The translations under genes and the position numbers were made by a program. A stretch of DNA of 64,000 nt, taken from assembly GCF_035594765.1 (NCBI RefSeq), contig NC_085844.1, positions 188,248,107-188,312,106 of the forward strand, given 5' to 3'. Source of the DNA: Anolis carolinensis (taxonomy: Eukaryota). Under the pieces are notes generated by a model. The model made no database searches. It was not told where the DNA came from and worked only from the letters and a program-made list of their open reading frames with translations. Shown in pieces: positions 27,187 to 40,754 of this stretch; position 1 is the first letter of the stretch, and the number at the start of each line of letters is the position of its first letter.

Positions 27187-27516
27187 CAGCAGAGTCTCGC
27201 TTATCCAACATAAATGGGCCAGCAGAACATTGGATAAGCAAAAATGTTGGATAATAAGGAGGGATTAAGGAAAAGCCTATTAAACATCAAATTACATTAT
27301 GATTTTACAATGTAAGCACCAAAACATCATGTTTTACAACAAATTGACAGGAAAAGCAGTTAAATACATGGTAACAATTTGTAGTAATTACCGTATTCAC
27401 AAATTTAGCACCAAAACATCGCAATGTATTGAAAACATTGATTACAAAAACAATTGACTACTAAAAGGCAGACTTCGTTGGATAATCCAGAATGTTGGAT
27501 AAGCAAGACTCTACTG
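27187..27516. mobile_element. pogo/Tigger-like MITE
   Basis: TIR cagcagagtctcgcttatccaac / gttggataagcaagactctactg; TA TSD both sides. Confidence 0.85.
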
Positions 27517-28665
27517 TATATATAATTTTATATTAGAAGAGTTTTGTAGTATTTTGCAATAAATATTTTGTAAATAAAGGTACATTTAACTACAGTTTCC
27601 CAGTTTCCCAGTTTCCCTATGTATGGGAACTTTTGGGACACCCTGTATATTTCTTGCTATATAGTCAATAGTTAATAGCCTTAGGGTATTCAGCAAGGAG
27701 GGTCAGGGAATGAAATACTTCTTTTCAGTTGCTTCCATAACCAGTGCTTTCATACTCTTGTGCTTTGTTTTATGAAGGAGAGAGGGAGAGAGAAAAAAAA
27801 CATTCCACTTAAAGATTAATAATCTCGAAGTGAGGAATTAAGTCAATGCATCTGATACTGTCCTTGTTGATTCCTTGTTTGTTATCAGAGCAGCAGACAA
27901 CAGTTCTAACAATATTACCCTGTATTTGAAATCCATGAAAGATTTTAGTCATATGACTGGCTTAAATGTGACTCACAAGATTACATTTTTCTACTTAAGA
28001 GTCATAGGGAAAATTGGCATTTTGATAGAAAAACACAAGACCAGCTTCATTATGAAAAACAGCAGAAGGGGACTGAAAGTTAATACTGAACTGCCCAGCA
28101 TCATCACTGTGGATTATGTTCAAATGTTAATGGTTAGCTACTGTTTACTTTCTCTTGTTTATCTCACTCCCGATTTGTGATATTTTAATATTACGCAGCT
28201 GTGGATATGGGAAAATTTGTTGTAGGCCAACATAACTTTGCCTTTTATTTTATACATTTTTACAGTGGTGATATCTATGACCTGTTGGGTGCATAGAGTT
28301 CATTGAATCCCTAAGAGACCTCATCAGAGCCTGCCTTTCTCCATCACAAAAATGCTCTAAAATGGACAGTTATACTCCCAGAAGCCTACAAAAAGCATAT
28401 CAATTCTATTACTATTAGGGGGCAGCTTCTAGGCCTTTGGAGAGAAGGACAAAATACCCTTTCTATAAAATTAGAAGGATTTTTGTTCTTTTCTGAATAG
28501 TAAGGGGGATAGGTGGTAGAAAACAGGATGACACAACCTGCCAGACCAACCAGTATTATCCATCTCATACTCACTGTTCTTGTTGACATGTACCTCCAAA
28601 TAATCTGTGAGTTATGGTGACCCCATCAAATGATTTTCTTAGATAGGCATCTTCAGATGAGGTTT

Positions 28666-28781
28666 TGTTGTTGTTTATTTGTTCAGTCGCTTCCTACTCT
28701 TCGTGACCTCATAGACCAGCTCACGCCAAAGCTTCCTGTCGGCCTTTGCTGCCCTCAGTTCCTTCAAGGTCAAGCCAGTCA
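28666..28781 (-). mobile_element. BovB 3' end (116 bp) nested in an older SINE
   Basis: Homologous to 40843-40960; 15-bp TSD CTTCAGATGAGGTTT (28651-28665, 28782-28796). Confidence 0.8.
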
Positions 28782-31700
28782 CTTCAGATGAGGTTTGCCA
28801 TCTACTAACACAACAACCTGCCCTAAGTCACACACTGGGTTTCCATAGCTGAGTGGGGATTGAGTTTAGTCCAACCACACAATACTTGCTCATAGTTACT
28901 TACAGGGATAATTGTTCTCTCATTCTACCCTGCTGCATAAATGTCTCCCTATCAGATATAGGATTGCTGCCATGCAAGCAAAAGCAATTCTGCTGTGAAA
29001 AGTAAGGTACATGAAGGGAGATGCAGAGGCTTGAAGCCACCAAATAGGGAATATGTTACCCCTGAGGAGGAAGGACAAGTTGGGAGGGACAGATAGGAAG
29101 AGACAATTCTGCCAAATGATGTCAGGACCTCAGCTGATGCCACTCCTGGGGCCACCAGCAATGCATTCTGCAGGATTAATAATGCACGAGGCACTTCCAA
29201 TTGTATAAAAAGTGCTTTACCATTTCTAGCTCATTCTCCTACCCCAAGTCTTAATTCTCAGAGACAAAAGCTTGTGAGTTTAGTCACAATTAATCATTTT
29301 CAAAGCAGGGCATAGACTGGAGATTGGTCCAAGGCCATTTGACAAATTCATTTGCCTAAGAATGGGATCCCAGAATTTTTAGATTTCATGTCTCATGGTC
29401 CATATTAACTATCAGCATCAGAAAATGAGTTGGAAGACAGGAAACCCGAGTCACATAAAAACTGTATTACTCCCTTGGGAACATCAAGATGGATAGAGAG
29501 GTCCTTCAAAAAGGCTGTATTATTTGCAGCTTAAACAAAAATCACATACTAGAAAGATCCATCTAGCCTATGCAGCAAAACAGCGCCTAATCAGACATAT
29601 CCATTTAACCTTAAAATATGTAGTTCATATGTATACAAAGAAGAATTAATTTATAATAGTGAATAGCAGTTGAATTAAATGTCATTTGAAAATAAAGCTG
29701 CATACCATGCTGGCTTTACTTTTTGGTGATTCTAAGTCATGGGTGAGAAACCATGGGTCCCCCAGATGGTGACAAATTATTAATCTCATCACAGCACCAT
29801 CTGCTGGCCAAACTGGCTAGGCTGATGGGAAATAGAGTTTAACACCATCTAGAGGACCATAAGTTTCTCCTGCCCTGTTCTAAAGGGATGACTAAGGACA
29901 CACTCTGAAGGAACAGTAGTTTTGCTGCAAAGCAGATGAAACAGATAAGCTATGCTTTGTTACATCATGTTCTCTAGTTGTCCAAATGAGAGCAGACCCA
30001 TTGAATCAAAGGAATGTATATAGGTATTGATTTACCACTTCACAATCGATTCAGTAGGTCTGCTGTAGTTGGGATTACCAATAGGATTCTTGCACATGTA
30101 TTTTGATGCCTGAGCACAACAAAGCATGAATGGAGGATGATGGGCTTGGTAGAAGGAAATGGGAAATTCCATCTTAGGCTGGGTGTCTACACAGTGGTCT
30201 CAGGACATGTCCTGGCACACATTGAAAACAACAGAAAACAGCTTGTCCAGCAGGCCCAGCTGCAGGAACTGGAGTGGCAGTGAAAGAGACCTCATCAAAG
30301 CATGGCAAGGACGCCATCAAATGGGAGACATGGGGAGGATCCAATAGCCCCAAAAGTCTTGACAGATGCAGTGACTGGGTACCATTTAATTCAGAGTGGA
30401 CAAATGCAGTGGATCCAGGGGTAAATTTGAGGTACTAGGGCTCTTCATGGACCTTTCAAACTGCCCCCCAAAAGCTGAAAAAACTGAATGTACACAGACT
30501 TCCACTGGGTTTGATTGATTTCTGAACTGTTTGCATGACCTTCAAAACATTTAAAATGTGAACAGTTATTCCTGAAAGCCTTCAGGAAAGGCAATTCACC
30601 ATGGAATGGGATTCACTTTTGTCTCTAGTGTAACTTTTAACCATCCTAATTTAAATATTTCATATAGGGCACTAAAATACCCACTGTTTATATGTCTACC
30701 TGAGATAAACATCAGATCATGGAACAGGACTGATACTGTCCTTAGAAAGAATGAGACAGGTTCCTCAAAGCAGATGCTGAAAAGTATGCAGTATGACTGA
30801 GAAGCGAACGGTGTGTGCCATTCTGCCCCTTGTCTTTTATATTAATGTAGTACCATTGGGTTATATGGAGGATGCTGTCTTGTCACCAGTAGAGAAATCA
30901 TATTTAGCTGCCAGCCTGTTGGCTTTTGAATATGGAAAGAGCGTGAGGGTGCCATTTTGCCTTCTTCGCAGGCAACCTAAGATCTTGCCCTAAATTCATT
31001 TTGGTTAAAGTGGAAGTGCTAACGGAATTTCACACATATGCACACACCAAGGTTTTTTTTTAAAAAAAATTCTGAGCTAGGAACATACTGAGATCTCTGT
31101 TCTGACCTTTTAAAAGCACTTATGCTGCAGTTAGGACACCACCCTGTTAGTTCTGACCTCTGTTTCTTAAACTGAAAGGCATTTGTTCGCTGTTAGCTGT
31201 CTTGAGTCCCAACATAGTGGGATAACAAAATTAAGTAAATAATAATAATAAATCTTTATTTATATCCCATTTTTCTCCCTCACGGGACCCAAAGCGGCTT
31301 ACAACATATTAAAATCATGTAAACAACAGTCCAAATACATTAATAGTAAGTTTAAAACATCTTAAAATAAACAGTTTAAAACAACAACAATATACATTCT
31401 CATTCTTGTGGCATCATTTCAGATTATATTGCACTTTGTTCCAGTCCATAAACATTTATGATGTTTCTTATCACTCCAGATAAGTTTTCTTCACTAAAGG
31501 CCTGTCTGAACAGGAAAGTTTTTAATAAATAAATATAAATAAATAAATGTCGGCATATACATGCTAAAGCCCTGGATGTGCAGTCAGCCTTCCATATCCA
31601 TGGATATGAAAATATTTGAGAAAACTCCAGTTGAGCATCCTGGATTTTGGTACCCACCAGAAGTGAACCAAGGACTCACTGTATCCTCTATGAATCATTG

Positions 31701-31882
31701 CTAGTTAAAATGTCGATGTCCTTGAAATGAATTACTTATTTAGCAGACGTGTAATACTATTTTTTCAAAAATCCCAAAATACACAGATACCATTTTTTTT
31801 CTTCTGCCCAGGATAGAAGTGATCCCCTAGGACTCATCATCAGGTTTAAAGACAAAACCCAATTTAAAGACAAAAACCAAAT

Positions 31883-32299
31883 TGTTGTCAAAGGCTTTCA
31901 TGGCCAGAATCACTGGGTTGCTGGGAGTTTTCTGGGCTGTATGGCTATGTTCCAGAAGCATTCTTTCCTGACATTTTACCCATATCTATGGCAGGTATCC
32001 TCAGAGGTTGTGAGGTCTGTTGGAAACTAGGCAAGTGGGGTGTTATAGATCTGTGGAACGTCCAGGTGAGGGAAGGAACTCTCTCTGTTGGAGACAAGTG
32101 TGAAAATTGCAACTGGCCAGCTTTCAGCTTCAAAGCCTGGCTGCCTTCAGCCTGGGGGAATCTTTTATATAAAAGCCCACTTGCCTAGTTTCCAACAGAC
32201 CTCACAACCTCTGAGGATGCCTGCCATAGATGCAGGCGAAACGTCAGGAGAAAATGCTTCTGGAACATGGCCACACAGCCTGGAAAACTCACAGCAACT
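31883..32299. mobile_element. Penelope-like element, inverted pair of terminal fragments
   Basis: Same family as the 11.9 kb copy; 12-bp flanking duplication CAAAAACCAAAT (31871-31882, 32300-32311). Confidence 0.8.
32208..32248 (+). ncRNA. Minimal type I hammerhead ribozyme motif (Penelope-associated), intact core
   Basis: CCT-CTGAGGA-T-GCCTGC-catagat-GCAGGC-GAAA-CG-TC-AGG: conserved CUGAnGA and GAAA boxes, 6-bp stem II, GUC cleavage triplet ending 32245. Confidence 0.75.
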
Positions 32300-32311
32300 C
32301 AAAAACCAAAT

Positions 32312-33800
32312 CGCGGAAACCCCAGCGCGCAGCTCATCCCTGCCCACCTCGGTGCACCCGAACGAGGGCTCTGCGGTGCGGGCCTGCCAAAGGAGCGGGG
32401 AATCGGGCTCCACGCGTCCATTATTCATGAGGGCGGCGCGGCGGCTGCTGCTTCTCCTCTCAATGTTACCATCAAGGTCAGGCTCCAGGAGGCATCGATG
32501 GCGGGAGGAGGGCCTGGGACCTTGCTTTCCTGGTGAGGCGGCAAAGGCGGGCTTCTCCCCCCTTTCAGAGGCAAGCCACTCATCCTTACCTATCCTTCCT
32601 GCCTGCCTGCCTGCCTCCAAGGGCCCGGGCCCTTCAATTCCGCCCCAAGGGCCAGTTATTTGTAGGCTGCAGGTGAGGCTCGCCGTCCCCTCGGCTCGCC
32701 CATGTCTCCTTCTCCCCCGAGCCCCGTGTCTGTTCCCGCCTGGCAACGGAAGCTTCTCTCCGCGGAGGAGGCGGCCTGACCTGTTTCGAGGGAAACGGAG
32801 GGAAGGCCAGATGGGGCAGGAGAGCGCCGTCGGGCCGGAGGGGGCGGAAGGGGCCTCCGTACCGTGGCATGAATGCCGTGTGCCCCCCCCCCCCCTCCTT
32901 TCACTGCCAGGGCCCGGGGTCAATGCTGGGGAAGGTGGGATTTGCAGTTTGCCAAAGGCGGCTTAAGAGCTCCTAGGACTCCATGGCCTTGAGCCAGGGC
33001 AGTTGAAATGCTGCCAAAAGTATGTTCCGTTCATAAGGTATAGATGCGCCCTGAGAGGCTTACCTGCGCGGTGGCTTCAGCGGGACGACGCCGGTAGGGC
33101 TCCTGCAGCTGCGGAAGGCGAAGGCAACCTGGCCCGGGGCGCCTCTTCCTCTTTCCCGGGTGCCTTTTCCCTCCGCCGCTCCCGCTCCTCCGCGCTTGCC
33201 TTCAGGTGCCGGCCCTGGTGCCTTTTGCTGGCTCGAGCAGGAGCTGAACGCGCGCGCGCGCGCCCGCCCAACTTTGCACCGGTGGCTCGTGCCGGTGGCG
33301 CGCGCCGGTGCTGCCGTGTGCTGATTGCTGCTGCTGCTGCTAATGCCCAAAGCGCGGGCGCGTGAAGGAAGGGAGGGAGAGCGCGAGCGCACCTGGGAGC
33401 GTCGTCTCTGTGTGTGTGTGTGTCTGTCTGTCTTCCCTCCTTTCCCACCCCTTCCTGAGGGAAAGGCGAGCGCGTCTTTTTTGGCTGGGCGCGCGTGACG
33501 TGGGCTTGAGTCACTCGCCCAAGGATGCGCGTCAGTGACGGGAGAGGAGGGGGCAAAGCGCGGGGCTTGAGGGGTTGGCTGCACCAAGCCCTGGGGTCCC
33601 TGGGGAGGGCTGAGCCTCGCTGCCTGCCTGCCTGGACGACTGGGGCCAAGGCCGACCGCGCCACCTGATGCTGCGTGGGCCAAAGACCAGCCTGGCTCAC
33701 TGCGGGGAAAGTGAGCCCCTGAGCAAGGCGGCTGCGAGCGGAAGCGCACGGAGGCCCTTGGCTTTGGCCTCCGCGAAGAGCAGGACGCCTCCTTCCAAGA
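32312..33800. promoter_or_regulatory. SLC6A17: CpG island / SLC6A17 promoter region
   Basis: Very GC- and CpG-rich stretch in an AT-rich background; TGACGTGG (33496), AP-1 TGAGTCA (33507), paired CRE half-sites CGTCAGTGACG (33530-33540). Confidence 0.85.
33064..33400 (-). other. SLC6A17: Putative non-coding exon 1 (5' UTR) of SLC6A17; 5' boundary approximate
   Basis: Consensus donor CAG|GTAAGC at 33064/33063 inside the CpG island; no minus-strand ATG in the segment; ~17.7 kb upstream of exon 2. Confidence 0.7.
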
Positions 33801-34513
33801 ATCACAGAATCCTCGAGGTGGAAGAGAACTCAAGGGCTATTGGAAATAACTACACCCAGTCTCTGGGCACTCACCCCTTTGGAAATAAATGGCAATCCGT
33901 AACTTTATTGAAAATGGAAAAAAATGATGCCATATCCCTTTGGCAAATGTGAATCTCCATGAATATGTGGAGATCACCTTTTGAAAACCACTAGTCAAGA
34001 AAAGCCAACCCTTTGAACAAGTGATATTCATAAGCATTCATGTAATGGCACACTGGTAACTCAGCTGTTAAACTGAAGAACCATGTCTTTGAAGGACAAA
34101 GACATGCTACTATAAAAATATATATTTGGTTAGCAGAGGATGGTTGTTTCTTTCAAGTTGAAATTGCAGTTGCCCAAAAGATATACATTCCCTTGAAACC
34201 TCTTGGTGTTTAAAATATGCAACCAGAGATCTTGTCTTCTTTGAAAAATAACATATCTTGTTTACTAACAAACTTCTTGTATTAATTCACCTTACAGGCA
34301 CATTTCTTATTGAAGGTCAGTTATAAATAGGATGTAGTTTCTCTCCGTGTTGAGTACACAGGGTATCATTCTTAATCAATAGTCCATAGTCTTCAAGCAT
34401 ACTTGTACTCACTGAAGTCCATAAGCATACTCCTATACTGAAGTCCAAACAGCAAAATGCATGCATCCACCTCCACTGAAATCTGATACAAAATGAGAAA
34501 AAAATCTGATGCA

Positions 34514-35475
34514 AAAGGAGAAAAAATATTAAGACATTATACCAAATGTTATTGCAATGGACAACAGAAGAAGAGCAGATTAAAGACTGTCAAGTTAAAT
34601 AGGCCAAAGATCTAGGGCACAATATAAACTTAAATCAGTGGGAAGAAATATGGAACAAAAAATTTAAATATACTGTAGCAATCGAGATACGAGAGAATTG
34701 GTACAAAATGCAATTCAGGTGGTATTATACTCCAGTCAAAATAGCCAAATTTAACAGACGGATATCCAATAAAAGCTGGAAATGTGATAAAGAAATAGGA
34801 ACCTTTTACCACCAATGGTGGAAGTGTAAGAATATTAATAGGTACTGGAAAAAATACATCAGATAACACAAAAAATACTACAAATCAAGTTCCCATTAAA
34901 ACTGGAAATATATCTATTAGGCATAACAAGTCGAAAATTGAAGGAAAATGAAGATAAAATGTTCTTAATGAGCATGGCTGCAAGACTAGTTTTAACCAAA
35001 GTTTGGAAACAAAAAAATGTACCCACTACAGATGATTAGATTATAAAATTGCTGGACTTAATACAAATGGACATTCTAACACAGAAATTAAGTGACGGAA
35101 AAAAGAAGACGGACTGGACAGGCTTCAGAGATTATATTCAAAAAAGTGAAACACATTCACAATAAACTTATCTGACGCATGAAGACAAAAACTTTTTGAG
35201 AGTCAACTGGAAAAGAAAATGAATAAAACAACTAAAACTCCTCAAGAGGACAATGGGAAGTGTTTTTTTTGTTTGTTTTTTATGGGGGGAAGTTATTCTT
35301 TTTTCCTCTCCCCCTTACTATTTTTTCTTTTTTCCCTCTCTCTTTACCCTGTTTTCTCCTTATGTCTCTTCACCTACTTTCCCCTCCCCACTTCTCTGCA
35401 CCATCCCCATCAATTTTATTTTCCTCGCTTTCGCTGTATTTACACTTATAAACCAATAAAAATTATTTTAAAAAA
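34514..35475 (+). mobile_element. L1-clade LINE 3' fragment
   Basis: Encodes ENWYKMQFRWYYTPVK..WKC..GTFYHQWWKC (L1 ORF2 C-terminal zinc knuckle); pyrimidine-rich UTR, AATAAA and A-rich tail. Confidence 0.8.
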
Positions 35476-35559
35476 CCAAAAACAAAATGAGGTTTGATAC
35501 AAAAGGCATGCCCCTCCACGGAGGTGTAAAGCAGACTGAATACAAAATGGAGTCCTGAC

Positions 35560-35880
35560 CATCTGGACCCGTCCCCCGCATGCTGGGAAACACATTCAAA
35601 GCACTCCCAACAGATGGCCATCCAACTTCTGCTTAAAAACCTCCAGAGAAGGAGCTTCCACCACACACACTCCCATGCAGCATTTCCTACTATCAAACGG
35701 CTCTCATGTGAGGAAGTTCTTCATTATATTTAGGTGGAATTTTTTCCCCTCTGTAATTTGAATCCATTGCTTTTTGTCCCATTTTACCTTTAATCAGATA
35801 TTTAAAGCTGGCACTCATGTCCCCTCTCAGCCTCCATCTCTCCAAGCTAAACATCCCCAGTTCCCTCATCTGCATGGTTC
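35560..35880 (-). mobile_element. CR1 3' fragment
   Basis: RELGMFSLERWRLRGDM motif; homologous to 50.5-50.9 kb. Confidence 0.7.
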
Positions 35881-36397
35881 CAAAATGGATTGAAAGCCAG
35901 AAGGCCAGTGGGTTCCTCTTCCCTCTGTTTGAAGTCTGAAAAACCAGGGAACTTCACAACAGCCAAAACTAGGAAATGTAACCCTTTGGTTTCAAAGCAG
36001 CACCCCTTTGGGCACTCTCTTGATGTGCTGGTTGAGTATCCTTTGTCCCAAATCCTTGGGCACCAGAAATGTTTGGGATTTTGGAATACCAATATACATA
36101 TCTAATGATTTAAATTTAAAGTATTAATTCTTTGATTTTTTTTCTAGTTGCTTAATGGTTCTGGTTACTTGAGTTCAATAACCCAGAACTCAAGCAACCA
36201 GAACCATTAATCAATTAGCAAAAAAACAACAACAAAGAATTAATACTTTAAATTTAAATTAAATCAATTTGTAGAAGAAATGTAAGCTTAAGTTAAGTTT
36301 GTCTTTATTTTATTTTAATTACTGTATTTCAACATTAATATCTAGTCAATGCAGAGTTTATAGTGTGGTATAGTATTATGTATACAGTAGTATTCAC

Positions 36398-36947
36398 TGT
36401 AGGAATTCAACCCCACGCTGTCCAAGTCTCAAGTCCTCAATGAGGAACAATTTGGTTAGCTTAGTATAGACCAAGAGTTTCCCTTTCCCCATGTCTCCTG
36501 TATGACAGTTGGGAATGTATCTATTTTTTTTCTCTCCACTCTGTTTCTGCTCTCATTCTGATTGGTTGTGTAGAATGGATACTTTTCTACTTCAAGCCTT
36601 TACTTTGACTTCTGTTTCTTTCATCTTAGTATGGAGAGCATGCGTGTGTCAGAGAGATGAAATGCTTGGATGATTTTTCCCTCTCTTGAAACCTTAGAAG
36701 AGATGGGTGTTAGAGTAGCTCAGACTCAGTTATTTACCTATTAAGAAATTCAGTTATTCTTTATTATTGTAAATAAACCTTTTGTGATTTTTAAAGATTA
36801 GACGCTGCATCTTTGCCTGCCTAAATTCTTTACAGCCACAACCAGTGGCACCTGACACTCTGCTAGCTGTGAGCTAATGCTCAACTTTGTGTATTCTGCT
36901 TCCTTTTTTGGATGCTCTGCTATATTTTAGGGTAGTTGTCCCTAACA
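36398..36947 (+). mobile_element. Probable solo LTR (~550 bp)
   Basis: TGTAGG...CCTAACA termini, AATAAA at 36772 followed by T-rich U5-like tract; no clean TSD seen. Confidence 0.45.
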
Positions 36948-39900
36948 TTAGTTTGGCCTATTTTAATAGTAACTCTTAAGCAACCAGAAGTGACTTTTTC
37001 CCATGAGTGCATAAATAAATCACAGGTCCACAATGGAAAACATTTTTTTTCTATATTGTAGCCATTTTAATGTATTTTGAGTTGCTGAATTTGAGGAACA
37101 CTATAAAAATGCCAGGTTGCACACAGTTTTTTCACAAATTTAATTACTCGTTTCAATGTTAATTTTATTCAGTCACAGGTTACAGCATAAAAATGTCAAA
37201 ACAAGTTGCAAAAATAACTATGTGATGGAAAAAAATATCTGAGGACATTTTTTGGATTGAGAATGCCAACCTGTAAAACAAGCATACATTTTTTTAAAAA
37301 AAACGATTTTATTCCCCTTAGCTTTGCAGGCCTGTGTAATGACTATTTTATGGGGTTCTTCTTTTTTTACAGCTACCCATCTGGCAGTCATTGTTCCTGG
37401 CTGTTGCAGTATCTCAGATTATAAAGTACTGAAAATATCCTATCAGAAAAGCAGCATGTAGATAATGCACCCATCTGTTTCTGTGTTGCTATTGTTATGT
37501 AGCTTAAAGTCAGCTCCAGTTTATGACGATCTTATCCTGTTTCCTCTCTGCAAAATCTATTCAGAGGAAGCTTATCATTGCCTTCCTTTTAGACCGAGAG
37601 AGTGTGACTCACTCAAGGTTAGTGCATTTTCATGTCTGTGCATAAATCTGAACACTGGTTTCCCAAAGCTGTAGTCCAACTCTTTTATAACTACACCAGG
37701 CCTGCTCTCTCTATATAAACATATACAAATGCATAAATGCATACTGTACTTATATATACATCCAGATTGAACTCTTTTACTTTTGATTCAGCTACCAATC
37801 CAGAAGGATACCCAAAGATCTATAGGTTCTGAGGTGTCTCCTATATTTCTAGTGAATATGGTTGATGCCCATTAAGTAAATTTTGCCGATACAATAAGAT
37901 TGGTTCTGTAAGGTTTTTTCCCCATTAAGTTGAATGTATATGTAAGTCAGAACAGATACATTTTTAAGTGTAATGCCATCCTATCTATCTGTCTGTCTGT
38001 CTGTCTGTCTATCCATCTATAAGCTATGGGTAGCATAGGGAAGGGTTAACACTCCTGTGGTGTTTGTTTTGCTATATGTGCCACAGTTCAGAAGATTTCA
38101 CCTCCCTTTCTGTCTTTGTGATAATTGGATTTTGAAAACTTTGGCTTGTTGTGGAAACAAGGATTGGTGAGAAAGTTTAAATGGAGACATTTTTTTCCCA
38201 TGATAACTCTTCCAGGAGTGAATTTCCCTCCTGAGAGGTAGATTTTTCTCACATCCTGTTGTCTTACCCCATTCTTAACTATGAGTCGTGTGTATGTCAG
38301 ATATTTATAACTTGGGAACTGTATTGTCTTCAATTCCACCTCACTCCTGTAACAGCTGCCAACTGGACTGTCCCATGCCCAGCATTTCAGTCCTTGCTCC
38401 TTCTCACCTGCATCCTCCAGTCCTGTTCATTGCTGTCCAAGGGCACAGTCAGTTGCCCCAGCAATTCAGGTGAGATCAGCATTTGGAGAGCTCTCTGTGT
38501 TTTCTCCCTGTGGACTGAGAATGGCTCCACTTTCTCAATGCACTTACTGCTTAACCATTTCCCAATTATTTATTGATTAAAATATTTATATCCTGCCCTT
38601 CATTGTGGGAGTTTAAGTGGATAGATTAAACAATAAACAGCTGAAAACAATTCCAGATTAAACCAGCAAAATACAGTAGCTTGCACAGAATGAAAACATA
38701 TTCAACGAAAAAAGTCAAAGCAGCTTAAAAGGCTTTGTTGTAGTTGTCTGTCTTCAAGTCATTTCCAGCTTAGGGTGACCCTATCGTGGGGTTTTCTTTA
38801 TAAACTTTAGCCAGAAGGGGTTCTCTTTGTCTCCTTCTGAGTATGAGAGGGTGTGACTTGTCTATCTTCACCTTGTGAGTTTCCATGGCCAAGTGGGGAT
38901 TTGAAGCTTAGTCTTCAAAACCAAAGTACAGCACCCAGCACTCAGACATCTGCTGGTTCTTTCTTAAAAGGCTTCAAGAATTATAAAATAAAAATGTACC
39001 TGTGTATGTAAAATTAAATTAGGCCCCCAAGACTTTCATTGTTAATAGCCATACCTTGATTTGGTGCTGGATGCCAATTTAATTTCCAAGCAGAGGGCAT
39101 TCTTCAATTGGAGCACAGTTAGCAGAGCAACAGTTGACAGCAGTATAAGAAGGCTGCAGGAAAGAGAGGTTAAACTTTTCCATCACGCTTCCTTCTTTTG
39201 ACATTGCTAACTGAGAAAGAGCTAAATGACAGTGATGGGAAAGCTGCTCCACATCAAGAGATGCTTCCTCAAGGCATGGCAGCTTCCATGTTATTAATGG
39301 ATTCTGCCAGACACCATCCATGTTTGGCAAAATTCTGGCCAATCCCACCTGTAGGTTTACTGATCCCAGTCTGATTGCATCCACATTCTGCAGATTTCTA
39401 ACTTTATGCTACCTCTGGTCCTCTAATATCTGCACCGGCTCAGTTCAAGAGTACAGGACCTTTAGCAGCTGAAAATTGTCAAACCCAGAGCTTGTAAAAC
39501 CAGGGTTTTTTTTTAAGTTACTCCTACCACTAGGAATAATAAAAAGTTGTATTTTCAAAGGTCTGATTCATATTGACATTTACCCTAAAAACTAGAGCTA
39601 ATGCTGGCTGTTCTGGCATTAACAACACTGTGTCTGCCAGCACCGATTAGTATACATGTTGAAGAAAACATGTGTTGTAACAGATCATCATCAGAATCTG
39701 GAAAACTTACTTGCTTGGATTACAGCTACCAATACAAGGCTTTAGAGGAGGTTATCCAAAAGTAATAATAACATTTAGAAACTCTGGGCAAACAAGTGCT
39801 GTGCAGAAGACATCCATGCCTCCGAGCAGCTTATTTGAAAGGCATCCACAACGTCTCGTGAACAGGTTAGCCAGGCACAGATACATGCAGAAGGAGAAAA

Positions 39901-39949
39901 GAGCAATTTTCACAGATTAAGGATGTTGAGCTTATGCTAAATATTGCTC

Positions 39950-40265
39950 TTCCTGGTCTGTAATACAAAAGAGGATTTGGTTGTATCCACATCTGCTTTT
40001 ATTACATTTCAGTTAGACTGCTGTAATGCCACTGGATATGTAACTGCCCTTGAGGAGCATTTAGAAGCAACGCCTAAGGCAAAATGCAATTTTTTGCTTT
40101 GGATATCAGATGTTACCAATCCTAAAACAATTACACTAGCTTCCCATGTGTTGTTATTTTTCTCCTTTTTCCAGATGCTGGTGTAGACCTATAAAGTTCT
40201 AAATAGTTTTGAGGCCAGGGCATCTGAAAGACCACCTCCTCATTTGAAATTTCAGCGGGGCCTCT
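39950..40265 (+). mobile_element. Old degenerate L2 fragment
   Basis: LDCCNA motif and residual similarity to L2 ORF2 C-terminus. Confidence 0.5.
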
Positions 40266-40754
40266 ATAAAGTTGCTAAGCACACAGCATTAAAACTTTCT
40301 CTGCAGCCTCACCTTGTTTATGGAACTCCTTTCTGAGAAAGATCAGGTGGGTCTCATGCCAAATATCTGATATGTGTTTAGAATCGTATTGCTGCATAGG
40401 AACTTGCCAATGAGAAAAAAAAGAGAGAAGGGGGATATCACTTTGGTAATCCTGGTGGGCAGAAGAGTGATAAACAAATGTCTTTAATAAATAATAAAGG
40501 AAAGACCTCTCTTCACCGAACATTTACATTAAAAAGAGGGCCTCCCTTCCTACTGTCTCATATTGACAACATTCACAAATGATATATTCCCAACTAAGGT
40601 TGAAAATCTATGTCTTTTTACCTGGGAGCTAGCCCCCATTTAATTAGTGGGATTTACTTCTTAGTATGAATACAGAGAATTAAATCCCACTAATTAGTTT
40701 AATCAGGGGGATTTACTTCTTAGTACATATACAGAGAAGGGCCTAAATTCCCTA

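Noticed and set aside
32088-33952. Long overlapping ORFs (292, 252, 257, 242 aa) on both strands
   Set aside because: Low-complexity Arg/Pro/Ala/Gly translations expected from a stop-poor CpG island; one starts within a Penelope fragment; no recognisable domain.
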